The notes under the pieces were generated by a model, which did not search any database, was not told where the DNA came from, and worked only from the letters and a program-made list of their open reading frames with translations. Below, piece by piece: positions 24,329-36,120 of a DNA stretch of 64,000 bases (position 1 is the stretch's first letter; each line of letters opens with the position of its first letter). The position numbers and the translations under genes were made by a program. The stretch lies in assembly GCA_977017645.1 (NCBI GenBank), contig OZ360247.1, forward strand, positions 49,538,001 through 49,602,000, written 5' to 3'. This stretch comes from Torpedo marmorata. Taxonomy: Eukaryota.

Positions 24329-24414
24329 AGCTAGGGGATCAGCCATGGCTGCATTAAATGGCAGAAGAGGTATGAAGGGCTGTGAATGGCCTAACTTACC
24401 CCTCATTTTACTGT

Positions 24415-24908
24415 AAGGAAAAACACAATGCTGGTACTCAGCAGGTCACACCGCATACTTTATATCGCAATGATAACGATACATAACCAACATTTCTGGC
24501 TTGAGCCTTTCATCAAGGTATGGAAAATGTAGGCAGGCGCCCGAACAAAATGGTGGGGGAAGGAGCAGGGGGAGGAGCACAGTCCCACAGGCGGGATGTA
24601 ATAGGTGGATAAGGGAGGGAGGATACAATAGCAAACAAGTGGAGGGGGGATATCCTGCTGTTGTGCCCTCCCTCCCTTATCCACCTCTTACCTCCCGCCT
24701 GTGGGACTGTGCTCCTCCCCCTGCCACTCCACTCCCCCCCCGCAACATTTTATTCAGGCACCTGCCTACATTTTGCTCATACCCTGATGAAGGGCTCAAG
24801 CCAGAAATGTTGGTTATGTACCTTTATCTTTGCTATATAAAGTACACTGTTTCTCCAGCATTGTGTTTTTACTTCAATCACGGTGTCTGCAGACTTTCGT
24901 GTTTTACT
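24415..24908. mobile_element. Penelope-like fold-back terminus with hammerhead motifs
   Basis: ~215-bp inverted arms; TSD CCTCATTTTACTGT (24401-24414) / CCTCGTTTTACTAT (24909-24922). Confidence 0.8.
24778..24817 (+). ncRNA. Minimal type I hammerhead ribozyme motif
   Basis: ACC-CTGATGA(24784-24790)-AG-GGC TCAA GCC-A-GAAA-TGTT-GGT: core, stem II, loopless stem III, stem I ACC/GGT. Confidence 0.65.
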
Positions 24909-25174
24909 CCTCGTTTTACTATGTTCTTTGTTGCACTTACCAAAACAAGGTTAATAGCTCTGCAGGACAGGTCTCTTCTGCACACATCCAAGTACCTTTT
25001 AAACGTGATGAAGATTGCTGGCTCCATCACCCTTTCAGGCAGCAGATTTCTGGCCCCAATCAGAGGACTTATTTTTCCCTCTGATCCTTCCACAATTTTG
25101 AATCTCTGCCTCCTGGTTTCCCTTCATCGCTGACAATTACCCATCTTGCAGCTTGCTATCTCATTTCAGGAATC

Positions 25175-25640
25175 TGGAGCATTCTGATTGGTTGCATCAC
25201 TGTCTGCTATGGAGGTGCCAATGCACAGGACAGGAAAAGACTACAGAGAGTTGTGAAATCGGCCAGCACCATCACGGGCATCAGTCTTCACTCCATTGAG
25301 AACATCTACAAGAGTCAGTGTCTTAAGAAAGCAGCCTCTATCCTCAAGGTCTCCCACCACCCAGGGCCATCAGGGCCATGCCCTCTTCTCACTGCTACCA
25401 TCTGGGAAGGAGGTACAGGAGCCTGAAGATGAACACCCAACAGTATAAAAGCAGCTTCTTCCCCTCCGCCATCAGATTTCTGAATGGACAATGAACCTCA
25501 GACACTACCTCACTTTCTCTTCTTTTGCACTCATTTATTTATTTTTTAAATGTAATTTATAGCAATATTTGCACCTGTGATGCTGCTGCAAAGTAACAAA
25601 TTTCGTGACATGTTCATGACAATAAATTCTGATTCTGCTT
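25175..25640 (+). mobile_element. Rex1 3' fragment
   Basis: Nucleotide match to the other Rex C-termini; CATGACAATAAATTCTGATTCTG. Confidence 0.8.
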
Positions 25641-26396
25641 CTGGAATAACTTTAGAGAAACTCTGGGCATAACTTTATGATAGCTGTACTGGTTTGTCAG
25701 ATTATGAGAGGGCAATCTCATTTTCCAGTCATAATTATTTCTTCATCCCCTCATTACCTGTCAGGCGATGACAATAGAAATTTCAGTTTGCTGTGGGTGG
25801 GGTTTATGATCATAGCTTCAGGGAGAGAAATTCCTCTATGGACTTTCCACAAGGCCTGCAGAGACGCATAGTTGCATGGCCCTTGCCCGTACATGTGGCC
25901 GTGTTTCTGTACGTCTGATAACATCTAGAATATCTCATTTACGTGCCTGAAATATTAGGTAATGCTAAAGCAAAAGTATCCAACCTAAAGTGACCAGAAT
26001 CAGCACTGAGTTTTTATTGCAAATTCAAAGTGTTTTGACAGAAGCAAATGTAACAATCTCAGCAATTTCGAGAGGCAACTATTATAACAACGGTAGCTTA
26101 GCAAGACAACAGTGATTACGATGTTCCTTTGCCTGGTTGCTGCAGACAGGTATTAGCCTGAGGTGTTGTTTATCTTTTAAATCAGCTTTATCTTCCCATC
26201 AAGGGCGCCCAACTCCAAATAAATCAAAAACAGTAGCCTAATGGTTTTTATGCAAGAATAATATGGTGAAGGCCCCAACTTTAAATTCTGACCACCTTAA
26301 TCTGGGCTAAAATATGTCCTTCAAAAAATGGAGTCTGCCCTACATCTGCCCCGCCCTGTGTGATGACTCTGAATATTCCAATTTGCTATTAAATGT

Positions 26397-26781
26397 TAAA
26401 ATTTAGACGTAAAGCACGGTAACAGCCCCTTCCGGCCCACGAGCCCGTGCCGTCCAATTACACCCAATTAACCTACAAACTCCGTACGTTTTTGAAGGAT
26501 GGGAGCAAACCGGAGCACCCGGGGAAAACCCACGCAGAGCGAAGCATGAAAGTCTGCAGACGCTGTGATTGTACTAAAATCACAGGAATGCTGGCGGAAC
26601 TCAGCTGGTCTCGCAGCGTCCATAGGAGGTAAAGATATATGACCGATGTTTCGGGCCTGAGCCCTTCGTCAAGCAGACACAGGAAGAACGTGTAAACATC
26701 TTACAGACAGTGCCAGATTCAAACCCAAGTTGCTGGCGCTGTAATACCATTGTGCTAACTGTTACGCTAACTGTGCCACCC
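26397..26781 (-). mobile_element. HE1/V-type SINE interrupted by a Penelope terminus
   Basis: SINE halves rejoin across a GCAGA duplication (26534-26538, 26673-26677). Confidence 0.8.
26539..26672 (-). mobile_element. Penelope-like terminus beginning at the hammerhead core
   Basis: Minus strand starts TTGACGAAGGGCTCAGGCCCGAAACATCGG. Confidence 0.75.
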
Positions 26782-27089
26782 AGTTTCTTTTATTAAAAGA
26801 AAAAAAGTTGCTGTAAGGTACGATAGAATGTAAGAGTGGGACAATCTCAGACAGCCAAGTTTTCCTAATTAATTTCTCTGAAGTACTGCCATTCTTATAA
26901 TTTCATATTTATTAGCCAGCATCTTGTTGGCCACACCCTCAATACTGAGAAATGGAGTGCTCCACTTGATGAAACAGGAGCAAGGAACGTCCTTTGAATT
27001 TTCCGTCAATCGCTTTGAGTTGCTTGGCTGAGCCACCAGTGACTGACTTGGCTGATTTTCGAACAATATAACCAGACAATGACACTGTG

Positions 27090-27600
27090 TTGGGTGGTGA
27101 GGGTATAAGTGTAAACAGGCTTTTCCCACTGAGGTTGGGTGAGGCAAGAACTAGAAGACGTTGGTTCAGGGTGAAAGGCGAAATGGTTAAGGAGCGCATG
27201 TGGGGGAACTTCTTCATTCAGAGGCTGGTGAGAGTGTGGAATGCGCTGCCATCTGAAGTGATGGATGCGGGCTCGATTTTGACATTTAAGAGAAATTTGG
27301 ATGGGTATATGGATGGGAGGGGTATGGAGGGCCATGGTACGGATGGGAGGGGTATGGAGGGCCATGGTATGGATGGGAGGGGTATGGAGGGCCATGGTAC
27401 GGATGGGAGGGGTATGGAGGGCCATGGTATGGATGGGAGGGGTATGGAGGGCCATGGTACGGATGGGAGGGGTATGGAGGGCCATGGTACGGATGGGAGG
27501 GGTATGGAGGGCCATGGTACAGATGCAGGTCGATGGGACAAGGCAGAATAATAGTTTGGCAGGGATAGGCCGAAGGGCCGTTTCTGTGATGTAGTGTTCT
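27090..27600 (+). mobile_element. CR1 3' end
   Basis: NFFIQRLVRVWNALP..FKRNLD; GGCCGAAGGGCCGTTTCTGTG tail. Confidence 0.8.
27311..27520. repeat. 30-bp G-rich minisatellite, 7 units
   Basis: GGATGGGAGGGGTATGGAGGGCCATGGTAY x7. Confidence 0.97.
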
Positions 27601-27869
27601 CTGGAACCATCTGCCTGAGCTGGCCCTTCTAAACATAATAGCCCACTTTAGCAGTGATAGAATTTCTTTTTCAAGTGTTCACAGGATGTGTATGTCATTA
27701 GCAGTGACAACATTTATTGTCCAGCCTTATCTGCTTGTGAACACGTAGAAAGGTTCAGAGTCATTACACAATCTGCAGTAAGTAAGACGTTAATTCCATC
27801 TCTACATTGTACTTATGTGTATGACAATAAGCTTCATTCATTCATTACAAGGATGGATCTGGAGCAAAG

Positions 27870-28029
27870 TTAGTTACCATTACTGAAACCAGTATTCATT
27901 TTAGTTACCATTACTGAAACCAGTATTCATTTTAGTTACCATTAATGGTTAGTTACCATTACTGAAACCAGAATTCATTTTAGTTACCATTAATGGTTAG
28001 TTACCATTACTGAAACCAGTATTCATTTT
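27870..28029. repeat. 31-bp / 48-bp compound tandem repeat
   Basis: TTAGTTACCATTACTGAAACCAGTATTCATT units interleaved with TTAGTTACCATTAATGG. Confidence 0.9.
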
Positions 28030-28154
28030 CTTAAATTCTGGATTTATTTAATTCCTTGAATTTAAATTCCCCTGCTGCAAAGTGGGAATTGAATGTAAGC
28101 CTTTGGGCCAATGCTTCAGAACTGATACAAGATGAAAATTGATATAAAGAGGAA

Positions 28155-28672
28155 GAACTTTATGAGGAGTTTGAGGAGATTTGGTATGTCACCAAAGACT
28201 CTTGCAAATTTCTGCAGGAGTACCGTAGAGAGCATTCTGACTGGTTGCATCACTGTCTGGTATGGAGGTGCAAATGCACAGGAAGGCTACAGAGAGTTGT
28301 GAACTGGGCCAGTCCCGTCACGGGCACCAGTCTTCACTCCATTAAGGACATCTACAAGAGGCAGTGTCTTAAGAACGTAGCCTCTATCCTCAAGGACCCT
28401 TACCACCCAGGCCATGCCCTCTTTACTCTGCTACCATCAGGAAGGAGGTACAGGAGCCTGAAGACAAACACCCAACCATACAAAACCACCTTCTTCCCCT
28501 CTGCCATCAGATTTCTGAATGGACAATGAACCAGACACTACCTCACTTTCTTTTCTTTTGCCCTAATTTATTTATGTTTTTAAAAATGTAATTTATAACA
28601 ATATTTGCACTATAATGCTGCCGCAAAACAATGAATTTCGTGACATGTTCATGTCTATAAATTCTGATTCTG
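28155..28672 (+). mobile_element. Rex1 3' fragment
   Basis: ORF 28245-28529 ..KDPYHPGHALFTLLPSGRRYRS; (TTCTGA)n tail. Confidence 0.85.
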
Positions 28673-28679
28673 AGAACCC

Positions 28680-29868
28680 TTGATGATAGATGTGGTCTAC
28701 ATATATTTTAGCAAGGCATTTGACAAGGTCCCCCACGAGAGACTCATCCAGAAAGTCATGAGTCACGGGATCAGTGGAACCTTGGCTGTGAGGATAAAAA
28801 TTTGGCTTGTAGGAACAAAGCAGAGAGTAGTAGTGGAAGGAAAGTATTCTGCCTGGAGGTCGGTGACTAGTGGAGTACTGCAAGGATCTGTTCTGGGACC
28901 CCTGCTCTTTGTGATTTTTATAAATGACCTGGGTGAAGAGGCGGAAGGATGGGTCAGTAAGTTTGTGGATGATACGAAGGTTGGAGGAGTTGTGGATGGA
29001 GCTGAAGGTTGTCGAAGGTTACAAGAGGGTATAGACAGGATGCAGAGTTGGGCAGAAAAGTGGCAGATGGATTTTAATCCGGATAAGTGTGAGGTGATGC
29101 ATTTTGGAAGGACAAACCAGGAGGCTGAGCACAGGGTTAATGGTCGGTTACTTAAGAGTGTGGATGAAGAGAGGGACCTTGGGGTTCAAATCCATACATC
29201 CCTCAAGGTCGCCGCACAGGTTGATAGGATAGTTAAGAAGGCCTATGGGATGCTGGGATTCATTAATAGGGGGATTGAATTCAAGAGTCGAGAGGTCATG
29301 TTGCAACTCTACAAATCTCTAGTGAGATCACACTTAGAGTATTGTGTTCAGTTCTGGTCACCTCATTATAGGAAGGATGTGGAAGCTATGGAGAGGGTGC
29401 AGAGGAGATTTACCAGGATGTTGCCTGGATTGGGAAACAAGTCTTATGAGGCAAGGTTAACAGAGCTTGGACTTTTCTCTTTGGAGCGAAGAAGGATGAG
29501 AGGAGACTTGATAGAGGTCTACAAGATTATGAGAGGCATAGATAGGGTGGACAGCCAGCACCTGTTTCCCAGGGCAGGAACAGCAAACACCAGAGGACAT
29601 AAGTACAAAGTGAAGGGAGGGAAGTTTAAGGGGTAAGGTTTTTTACACAGAGAGTTGTGGGTGCCTGGAATGCCTTGCCGGGGATGGTGGTGGAGGCTGA
29701 TACATTGGGGGCATTTAAGAGACTCTTAGACAGACACACGGATGAAAGAAAAATAGAGGGTTATGGGGTAGAGAGGGTTTAGTTCTTTTTTTTAGAAAGG
29801 AATATATGGGTCGGCACAACATCAAGGACCGAAGGGACTGTACTGTGCTGTAGTGTTCTATGTTTCTA
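28680..29868 (+). mobile_element. CR1 LINE, 5'-truncated (same subfamily as 585-2663)
   Basis: 318-aa RT ORF near-identical to 851-2455; same 3' UTR. Confidence 0.92.
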
Positions 29869-29924
29869 TAACAATCATTCATAAAAAACAATGCTTTTTA
29901 TTAGACAAGTAATCCAACGACCAT

Positions 29925-30357
29925 GCACAAAAGTGCTAGAGAAACTCAGCAGGTCATGCAACATCCATAGGAATTAATAGACAAAAATGTAAAAAACAAA
30001 AATAAAGTGAAAAAAGAATGTTCCCATTGAAGGGCTCAGGTCGAAATGTTGCCTGCTTTTTATTTCCTATCGATGCTGCGTGACCTGCTGAGTTTCTCCA
30101 GCACTTTTGCGTACTGCACTCGACCCCAGCACCTGCAGACTTCCTAGGTTAACTACATTTCGCTGCTCCACTGCGAAGTCTCTTCGAGGGATGCCCACCC
30201 TGAAGAAGTTCTCTCTTCACATTCTCAACAAAGGGCTCAGGGCCCAAAACCTTGACTGCCATTTACCTCCTATTGCTGCTATGTGACCTGCTGAGTTTCT
30301 CCAGCACTTTTGTGTATTACACTAGACCCCAGCATCTGCAGATTTTTATGGTTAACT
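29925..30357. mobile_element. Penelope-like termini: one inverted and two tandem copies
   Basis: GACCTGCTGAGTTTCTCCAGCAC once on minus and twice on plus; degenerate GAAGGGCTCAGG..GAAA. Confidence 0.7.
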
Positions 30358-31004
30358 TCATCACAGGAATCAACTGAGTGAACCTTCTCTGCACTATTTC
30401 CACAGGGCTAAACTGTACATGGAACTTTAGGTGCAATCTAATCAGTTCCCTGTAAAGTTGTCTCAAAACTTCCCCACTGTTATACTCCATACGCCTTGCA
30501 ATGAAGGCCACCAATCCATTAGCCTTCCCAGTTAGTTGGTGAACTTATGTCAATCCTTTGTGTTTCATGTACAGAACGCGCAGATTCTTTTAAGCTGCAA
30601 CATCTTGTTGTCATTTTGCAGAAGAGCTTTGATGGTGGGTAAAGTAGGGAGGCTGTACAGTTTATCGTAGATCAATCCTAAAATTTCCAAACAGGACTCT
30701 GATAATTGCACTGGCATATAGATCCTGCAAACCCGAAGGACTTTGTTCCATCTTTTGATTGATTCAGGTGGTTTCGTGTTCAGTGAAAGCTAAAGACAGT
30801 AACTTTTTTTGGACCTGTTGCAAGAAACATTTAGTAATATTTTATGACAAGAAGAGCCAAAACAAGAGAAGCATTTATGTCTGATGCCATATCCTCAACT
30901 TGTGCTATACCCTACCACCACACCACCACACCCCCCCCACCCCCGAAGTCAACATTACTGGATGGGGTGTAGATTTTGCCATGGCTACCGTTCATCATTG
31001 ATCA

Positions 31005-31622
31005 CATTGGGCAACAATTTTTTTCAAAAGGTTTACTTCCTGAAAAAAAGGGGATTATGATAGACAACTTCAAGCTGACCACCTACCGGTCGATAATTTC
31101 AGATTTGCTGTATCACGTAGGAAGTTGGAGAAATATTAAATTAACTTTTATTGAATTTAGCATGTTTAATCGCATAATGATGCTGACGCATTGCATTAGT
31201 TCAACTGACCTAAAAATGTTTTGCCGCTGAGTTTCGTTTGTACTCAGCATCTGATGCCTCTCGTGTCGGTGTCCAACAATAGTCGGCCAGCATTGATGGA
31301 TTCCAGTTGCCCTGATATCGCTTTTCCATGGTCACAATGTCCTGGTGAAACCTTTCACCGTGTTCGTCACTGACTGCACCAAGATCAGCAGGGAAGAAGT
31401 CCAAGTGCGAATGCAGAAAATGAATTTTCAATGACATGTTGCGCTTCATGGTTTTGTATGCTTGAAGTAGACAAAATATGACAGGAAATCACAAAAATAG
31501 GTTATATCTAAAAAAAACGGTACGTGATAAGAAAATTTTAAGGTGATTTTTGTGATCAGCAGCCCAAAATCCATAAAATACACACAAAAGTGTTCAGGAA
31601 GTAAAACCTTCGTTGTCCAGTG
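31005..31622 (-). mobile_element. Non-autonomous Chapaev3-like (CMC) DNA transposon
   Basis: TIR CAYTGGRCAAC, 3-bp TSD TCA on both sides; ORF 31210-31449 MSLKIHFLHSHLDFFPADLGAVSDEHGERFHQDI..LADYCW. Confidence 0.75.
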
Positions 31623-32551
31623 TCATCAATCCTGAAAAAAAGTTCTTGCATAAACATGCACAGCAGAAACATTCATGTTTTCCGTGGTTGGTGGGAATTT
31701 CAAAACCATAATTCATCAGAATCAATGGATCAACTCGGCTGTCGAAATGAGTTGACTCAATTCACTACGGATCTGTGTTTTCAAATTAAATCTTAAGTGA
31801 CAAGTTGAGTTGAGCTATGATAAAGAGGGCAGTGCTATTACTTAGAGGGTTAACATTAAAGTAACTCTGAGGATCTGCAGCTCTGCTTTTGATGGATGAT
31901 CTCCTTACACACTTGTCAAGTTTATCCCCTGCAGTGGTGGAAGGTATAGCTGGGACCTGTTTTGTGTAACAGAGGCTGACAAAGCTGCGATGTGTCAGCC
32001 CACATCTCCAGGTGCTTCACTTAACATAGTCATCAGCTCTTTGCTGTTCGTTTCCCCCACTGCCTGCCCCAGGATATGAAGGCTCCTCCTAATAAAGCTC
32101 TTCGTTTGTCTTCCGTCCTGGGCGAATCTGGCTGAGCTCCAGTGAGAGAATCACCTGGGGACATGCAGTACAGTGGTAGCTAGCTCCCCCTGATATTCTA
32201 ATCCTATTTACAATACATTGGCTTTATCTGACATGCTTCATTTGCTTGTTGCTGCTGGCTGTTGTGGCTGTGTGAACTGAGTTATTGACCAACTGTGGTG
32301 AGAGGAGATTGACTGGTCTCTGATGGATTTCCTCGCTCACACACACCTGCCCTAATTCAGCACAAATCTGCCCAAAAATTACTAACTTCCAGCTGTTATT
32401 TTCCCCAGCCTGTTGTTGACTAGTGAACTCCCAAAGCAACAGGCTTGTACCAGAGCTGGTCAGAAAGTTCCATAGGTAAGGGATTTCTTTTTAACTTCCC
32501 TTAATTAAAATCAATAAGCCTGATTTCTTTCAGAATTTTGTGCCATCTTTA

Positions 32552-34030
32552 GGGGGCGGTACGGTTAGCGTAGAGGTTAGCACAACGCTGTTACAGCGCC
32601 AGCGGTAGGGACAATAGACAATAGGTGCAGGAGTAGGCCATTTGGCCCTTCAAGCCAGCAGCGCCATTTCCTGTGATCATGGCTGATCATCCACGTTCCT
32701 GCCTTCTCCCCATATCCCTTCACTTCGCTATCCTTAAGAGCTCTATCTTGAAAGCATCCAGAGAATTGGCCTCCACTGCCTTCTGAGGCAGAGTATTCCA
32801 CAGATCCACAACTCTCTGGGTGAAAAAGTTTTTCCTCAACTCCGTTCTAAATGGCCTACCCCCTATTCTTAAACTGTGGCCTTTGGTTCTCGACTCCCCC
32901 AACATCAGGAACATGTTTCCTGCCTCTGGTGTGTCCAATCCCTTTATAATCTTATATGTTTCAATCAGATCCCCTCTCATCCTTCTAAATTCCAGTGTAT
33001 ACAAGCCCAACCGCTCCAATCTTTCTACATATGACAGTCCCGCCATCCCGGGAATTAACCTCGTGAACCTACGCTGCACTCTCTCAATAGCAAGAATATC
33101 TTTCCTCAAACCTGGAGACCAAAACTGCACACAATACTCCAGGCGTGGTCTCACCAGGGCCCTGTACAACTGCAGAAAGACCTCCCTGCTCCTATACTCA
33201 ACTCCCCTTGTTATGAAGGCCAACATGCCATTAGCTTTCTTCACTGCCTGCTGTACCTGCATGCTTACTTTCAGTGACTGATGAACAAGGACACCTCGAT
33301 CTCGTTGTACTTCCCCTTTTCCTAACTTGACACCATTCAGATAATAATCCTCCTCCCTGTTCTTGCCACCAAAGTGGATAACCTCACATTTATCCACATT
33401 AAACTGCATCTGCCATGCATCTGCCCACTCACCCAACCTGTCCAAGTCCCCCTGCATTTTCATAACATCCTCCTCACATTTCACACTGCCACCCAGCTTC
33501 ATTTCATCTGCAAATTTGTTAATGTTACTTTTAATCCCTTCATCCAAATCATTAATGTATATTGTAAGCAGCTGCGGTCCCAGCACCGAGCCTTGCGGTA
33601 CCCCACTAGTCACTGCCTGTCATTCTGAAAGGGACCCGCTTATCCCTACTCTTTGTTTCGTGTCTGCCAACCAATTTTCTATCCATGTCAATACCCTATC
33701 CCCATTACCATGTGCTCTAATTTTGCCCACTAATCTCCTATGTGGGACCTTATCAAAGGCTTTCTGAAAGTCCAGGTACACTACATCAACTGGCTCTCCC
33801 TTGTCCATTTTCCTAGTTACATCCTCAAAAAATTCCAGAAAATTAGTCAAGCATGATTTCCCCTTCGTAATCCCGCACTGTCTGTAAGGGGTTTGTACGT
33901 TATCTCGATGTATGTGTGGGTTTCCTCCCACCCTTCAAAACATACGGAGGTTGTAGGTCAATTGAGTGTAATTGGGTAGCACGGGCTCGTGGGCCAAAAG
34001 GGCCTGTTACTGTGCAGTATGTCTAAATTT
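32552..34030 (+). mobile_element. HE1/V-type SINE split by CR1 (32552-32608 plus 33869-34030)
   Basis: Head GGGGCGGTACGGTTAGCG..CAGCGCCAGCG resumes as AATCCCGCACTGTCTGTAAGG. Confidence 0.8.
32610..33868 (-). mobile_element. CR1 LINE, 5'-truncated
   Basis: ORFs 33620-33931 and 32720-33613: DFQKAFDKV, GVPQGSVLGP, KFADE; (CTATTGT)n tail. Confidence 0.92.
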
Positions 34031-34337
34031 AAAAAAAAATATATATATATATATTTTGGCACTGACTGTTATGTATTTACAGCATTTCCATTTTTCTTTC
34101 ACAGGTAATTGCCTTTTCATATTTACAAAGTCAAGTGTCCAAAATCTACATTTTCCATTAGTACTCATGTAGCCATATTTTTACAAGTTATTGCAATTGA
34201 AGTGGCTTGACCCTGATCTGCTTCACCACCCGGATGTTCCACAAATAACCTGTTGACCATACAAAGGATGAAAGCTACACCACACACATTGGAAAGGTAA
34301 TCTCTGCTCTGCTTGCTCTGACTTACAGAGAAAAATA

Positions 34338-35065
34338 AATGGTGGCGCTGCCGGAGCTGCTTTAACGGCAGTGCTGCTGCTGGCGTGGACCCACGGAAAG
34401 TGGGGAGCAGAGACACAGCGCTCCCCTGTGGGGTCCAACTGCCCGGTCCGAGTGCTGTCGGCTCCGTACAGGCTTTAAACGGCCTGCTAAAGGAGTCAAT
34501 GGTGGTTTATTGTAAAATCCTGCGACCGCGGGGTCTGGGCCCAAGATGGCAGCGCCTATGTTCAGCAGTGGCCACGAGGGGTTGCAGACTCCGGGGAAGC
34601 AGAGGACTGGTGCAGGGCACCAGAAAACGGGGAGACCATCTGCCTGTTTGAGAACGAGAAGCAGAGGAGATGACCCATGGGTCGTTGAACATGGTGGTGG
34701 ACCGGTGAGGGATCTCTAAGGCTGAAGAACACACAGGCAGCGGGCTGTTGGCGACTCAAAGTGAGGTACCACACAGGCTGCGGGCTGCTGGAGACTGGCT
34801 CAAGACTGGCTGAAGGGGCACAAGGTATTGGAATTGGGAGGCGAGATGGTGCTGACGGCGCTGAAGTCTTCCTGTTCGTGTCGGAGGTTCGTACTGGAGC
34901 TCGGGTTGCCGATGGTTTGGACTGAAGGCTGTGTGGCTGCGGAAGCACTGGAGATGAATCCATGGACACTCAGTGACTCTGGGCGCACTCTCTTTTGCTT
35001 CTCTTTCTCTGACTGTAAGCCGCGCCAGGCAATTTGTGCTGATGGTGAATCTTTGTCTAGCCATT
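34338..35065 (+). mobile_element. GC-rich retroposon, diverged copy 3 (tail missing)
   Basis: Same 5' end AATGGTGGCGCTGCCGGAGC and internal CCCAAGATGGCAGCGCC. Confidence 0.8.
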
Positions 35066-35084
35066 CTCAGCAATAGCCTCATGA

Positions 35085-35355
35085 ATTTTTCTGCATCCTT
35101 ACCATCTTAATGACATCTTGCAAAGCTGGGTGACCAGAACTGTGCACAATACTCCAAGTGTGGTCTGAACAATGTCTTGTACCTTTGTAACATGATGTCC
35201 CAACTTCTGTATTCAATCGCCTGATCGATGCAGACAAAAGGGCCATCTTCACCACAATGTTCCTGCACCATTAGGTTTCTCTGTTCTACATCACTCTCCA
35301 GGGCACTAACATTGACTGTGCAAGTCCTGTTCTGGTTTAATATACCAAAATGTTC
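35085..35355 (-). mobile_element. Decayed CR1 RT fragment
   Basis: GTGACCAGAACTGTGCACAATACTCCAAGTGTGGTCT encodes RPHLEYCAQFWS on the minus strand. Confidence 0.65.
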
Positions 35356-35837
35356 TGTTCATGGAATAGAGCAATCTGGGATGTAATTCTTTATCTGTCA
35401 TAAAGCATGCCACAGAACATTTGATTCCAATGTGAAGAGCTGGATGGTGATTCACAAAAGACAATGTACCGTATCATCTTCAAAGAATGCCTACTTTCAT
35501 CCCACTGAGCTGATACAACCCAATCAGTTTGATCACAACTGATTTGTCTCTCAACTATATCCATCCACCTGTCTTCCATATTCCTTAGTACTTAGACCCA
35601 ACAGATATCACTGGATCTCAGTTTAGAAAGTTTTAATGATCCTAACCTCATGGCTTTCATCCTCATGAATTCCACAACTCTGAGTGAAGGGGCACTCTCT
35701 GATAGTATCCATGAACTGCCTAGTTTGTATTTAAAGTTATTTGCCCTTGTTTTGAATTTTACACCACTGGTAATAATTTCCTTCTGTCAACCCAAACAAT
35801 CCCTTTAATATTCTTAAACAATTAAAGCATCGTTTAA

Positions 35838-36120
35838 TTTTAAATTTAGACATACATACGTACAGCACGGTAACAGGCCATTTCGGCCCACGAGTCCGTG
35901 CCGCCCAATTTACACCCAATTAACCTACACCAATTAACCTACAACCCCCGGTACATTTTGAACGGTGGGAGGAAACGGGAGCACTTGGAGGAAACCCACA
36001 CAGACACGGGGAGAATGTACCAACTCCTTACAGACAGCACGGGATTCGAACCCCGGTCCCGATCGCTGCCGCTGTAACAGCGTTGCGCTAATCGCTACGC
36101 TAACCGTGCTACCCTGTCCC
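35838..36120 (-). mobile_element. HE1/V-type SINE
   Basis: Family match; B-box-like GGTTCGAATCC on minus strand. Confidence 0.85.

Noticed and set aside
27006-27636. Repetitive ORFs (MALHTPPIRT, GRGMEGHGTD and others)
   Set aside because: Translations of a stop-free 30-bp minisatellite inside a CR1 tail.
27311-28029. CRISPR-like arrays
   Set aside because: Units are contiguous with no unique spacers; eukaryotic context and no cas genes.
35838-36120. tRNA genes suggested by GGTTCGAATCC boxes
   Set aside because: These are SINE heads continuing into core and CR1-like tail; no cloverleaf or terminator.
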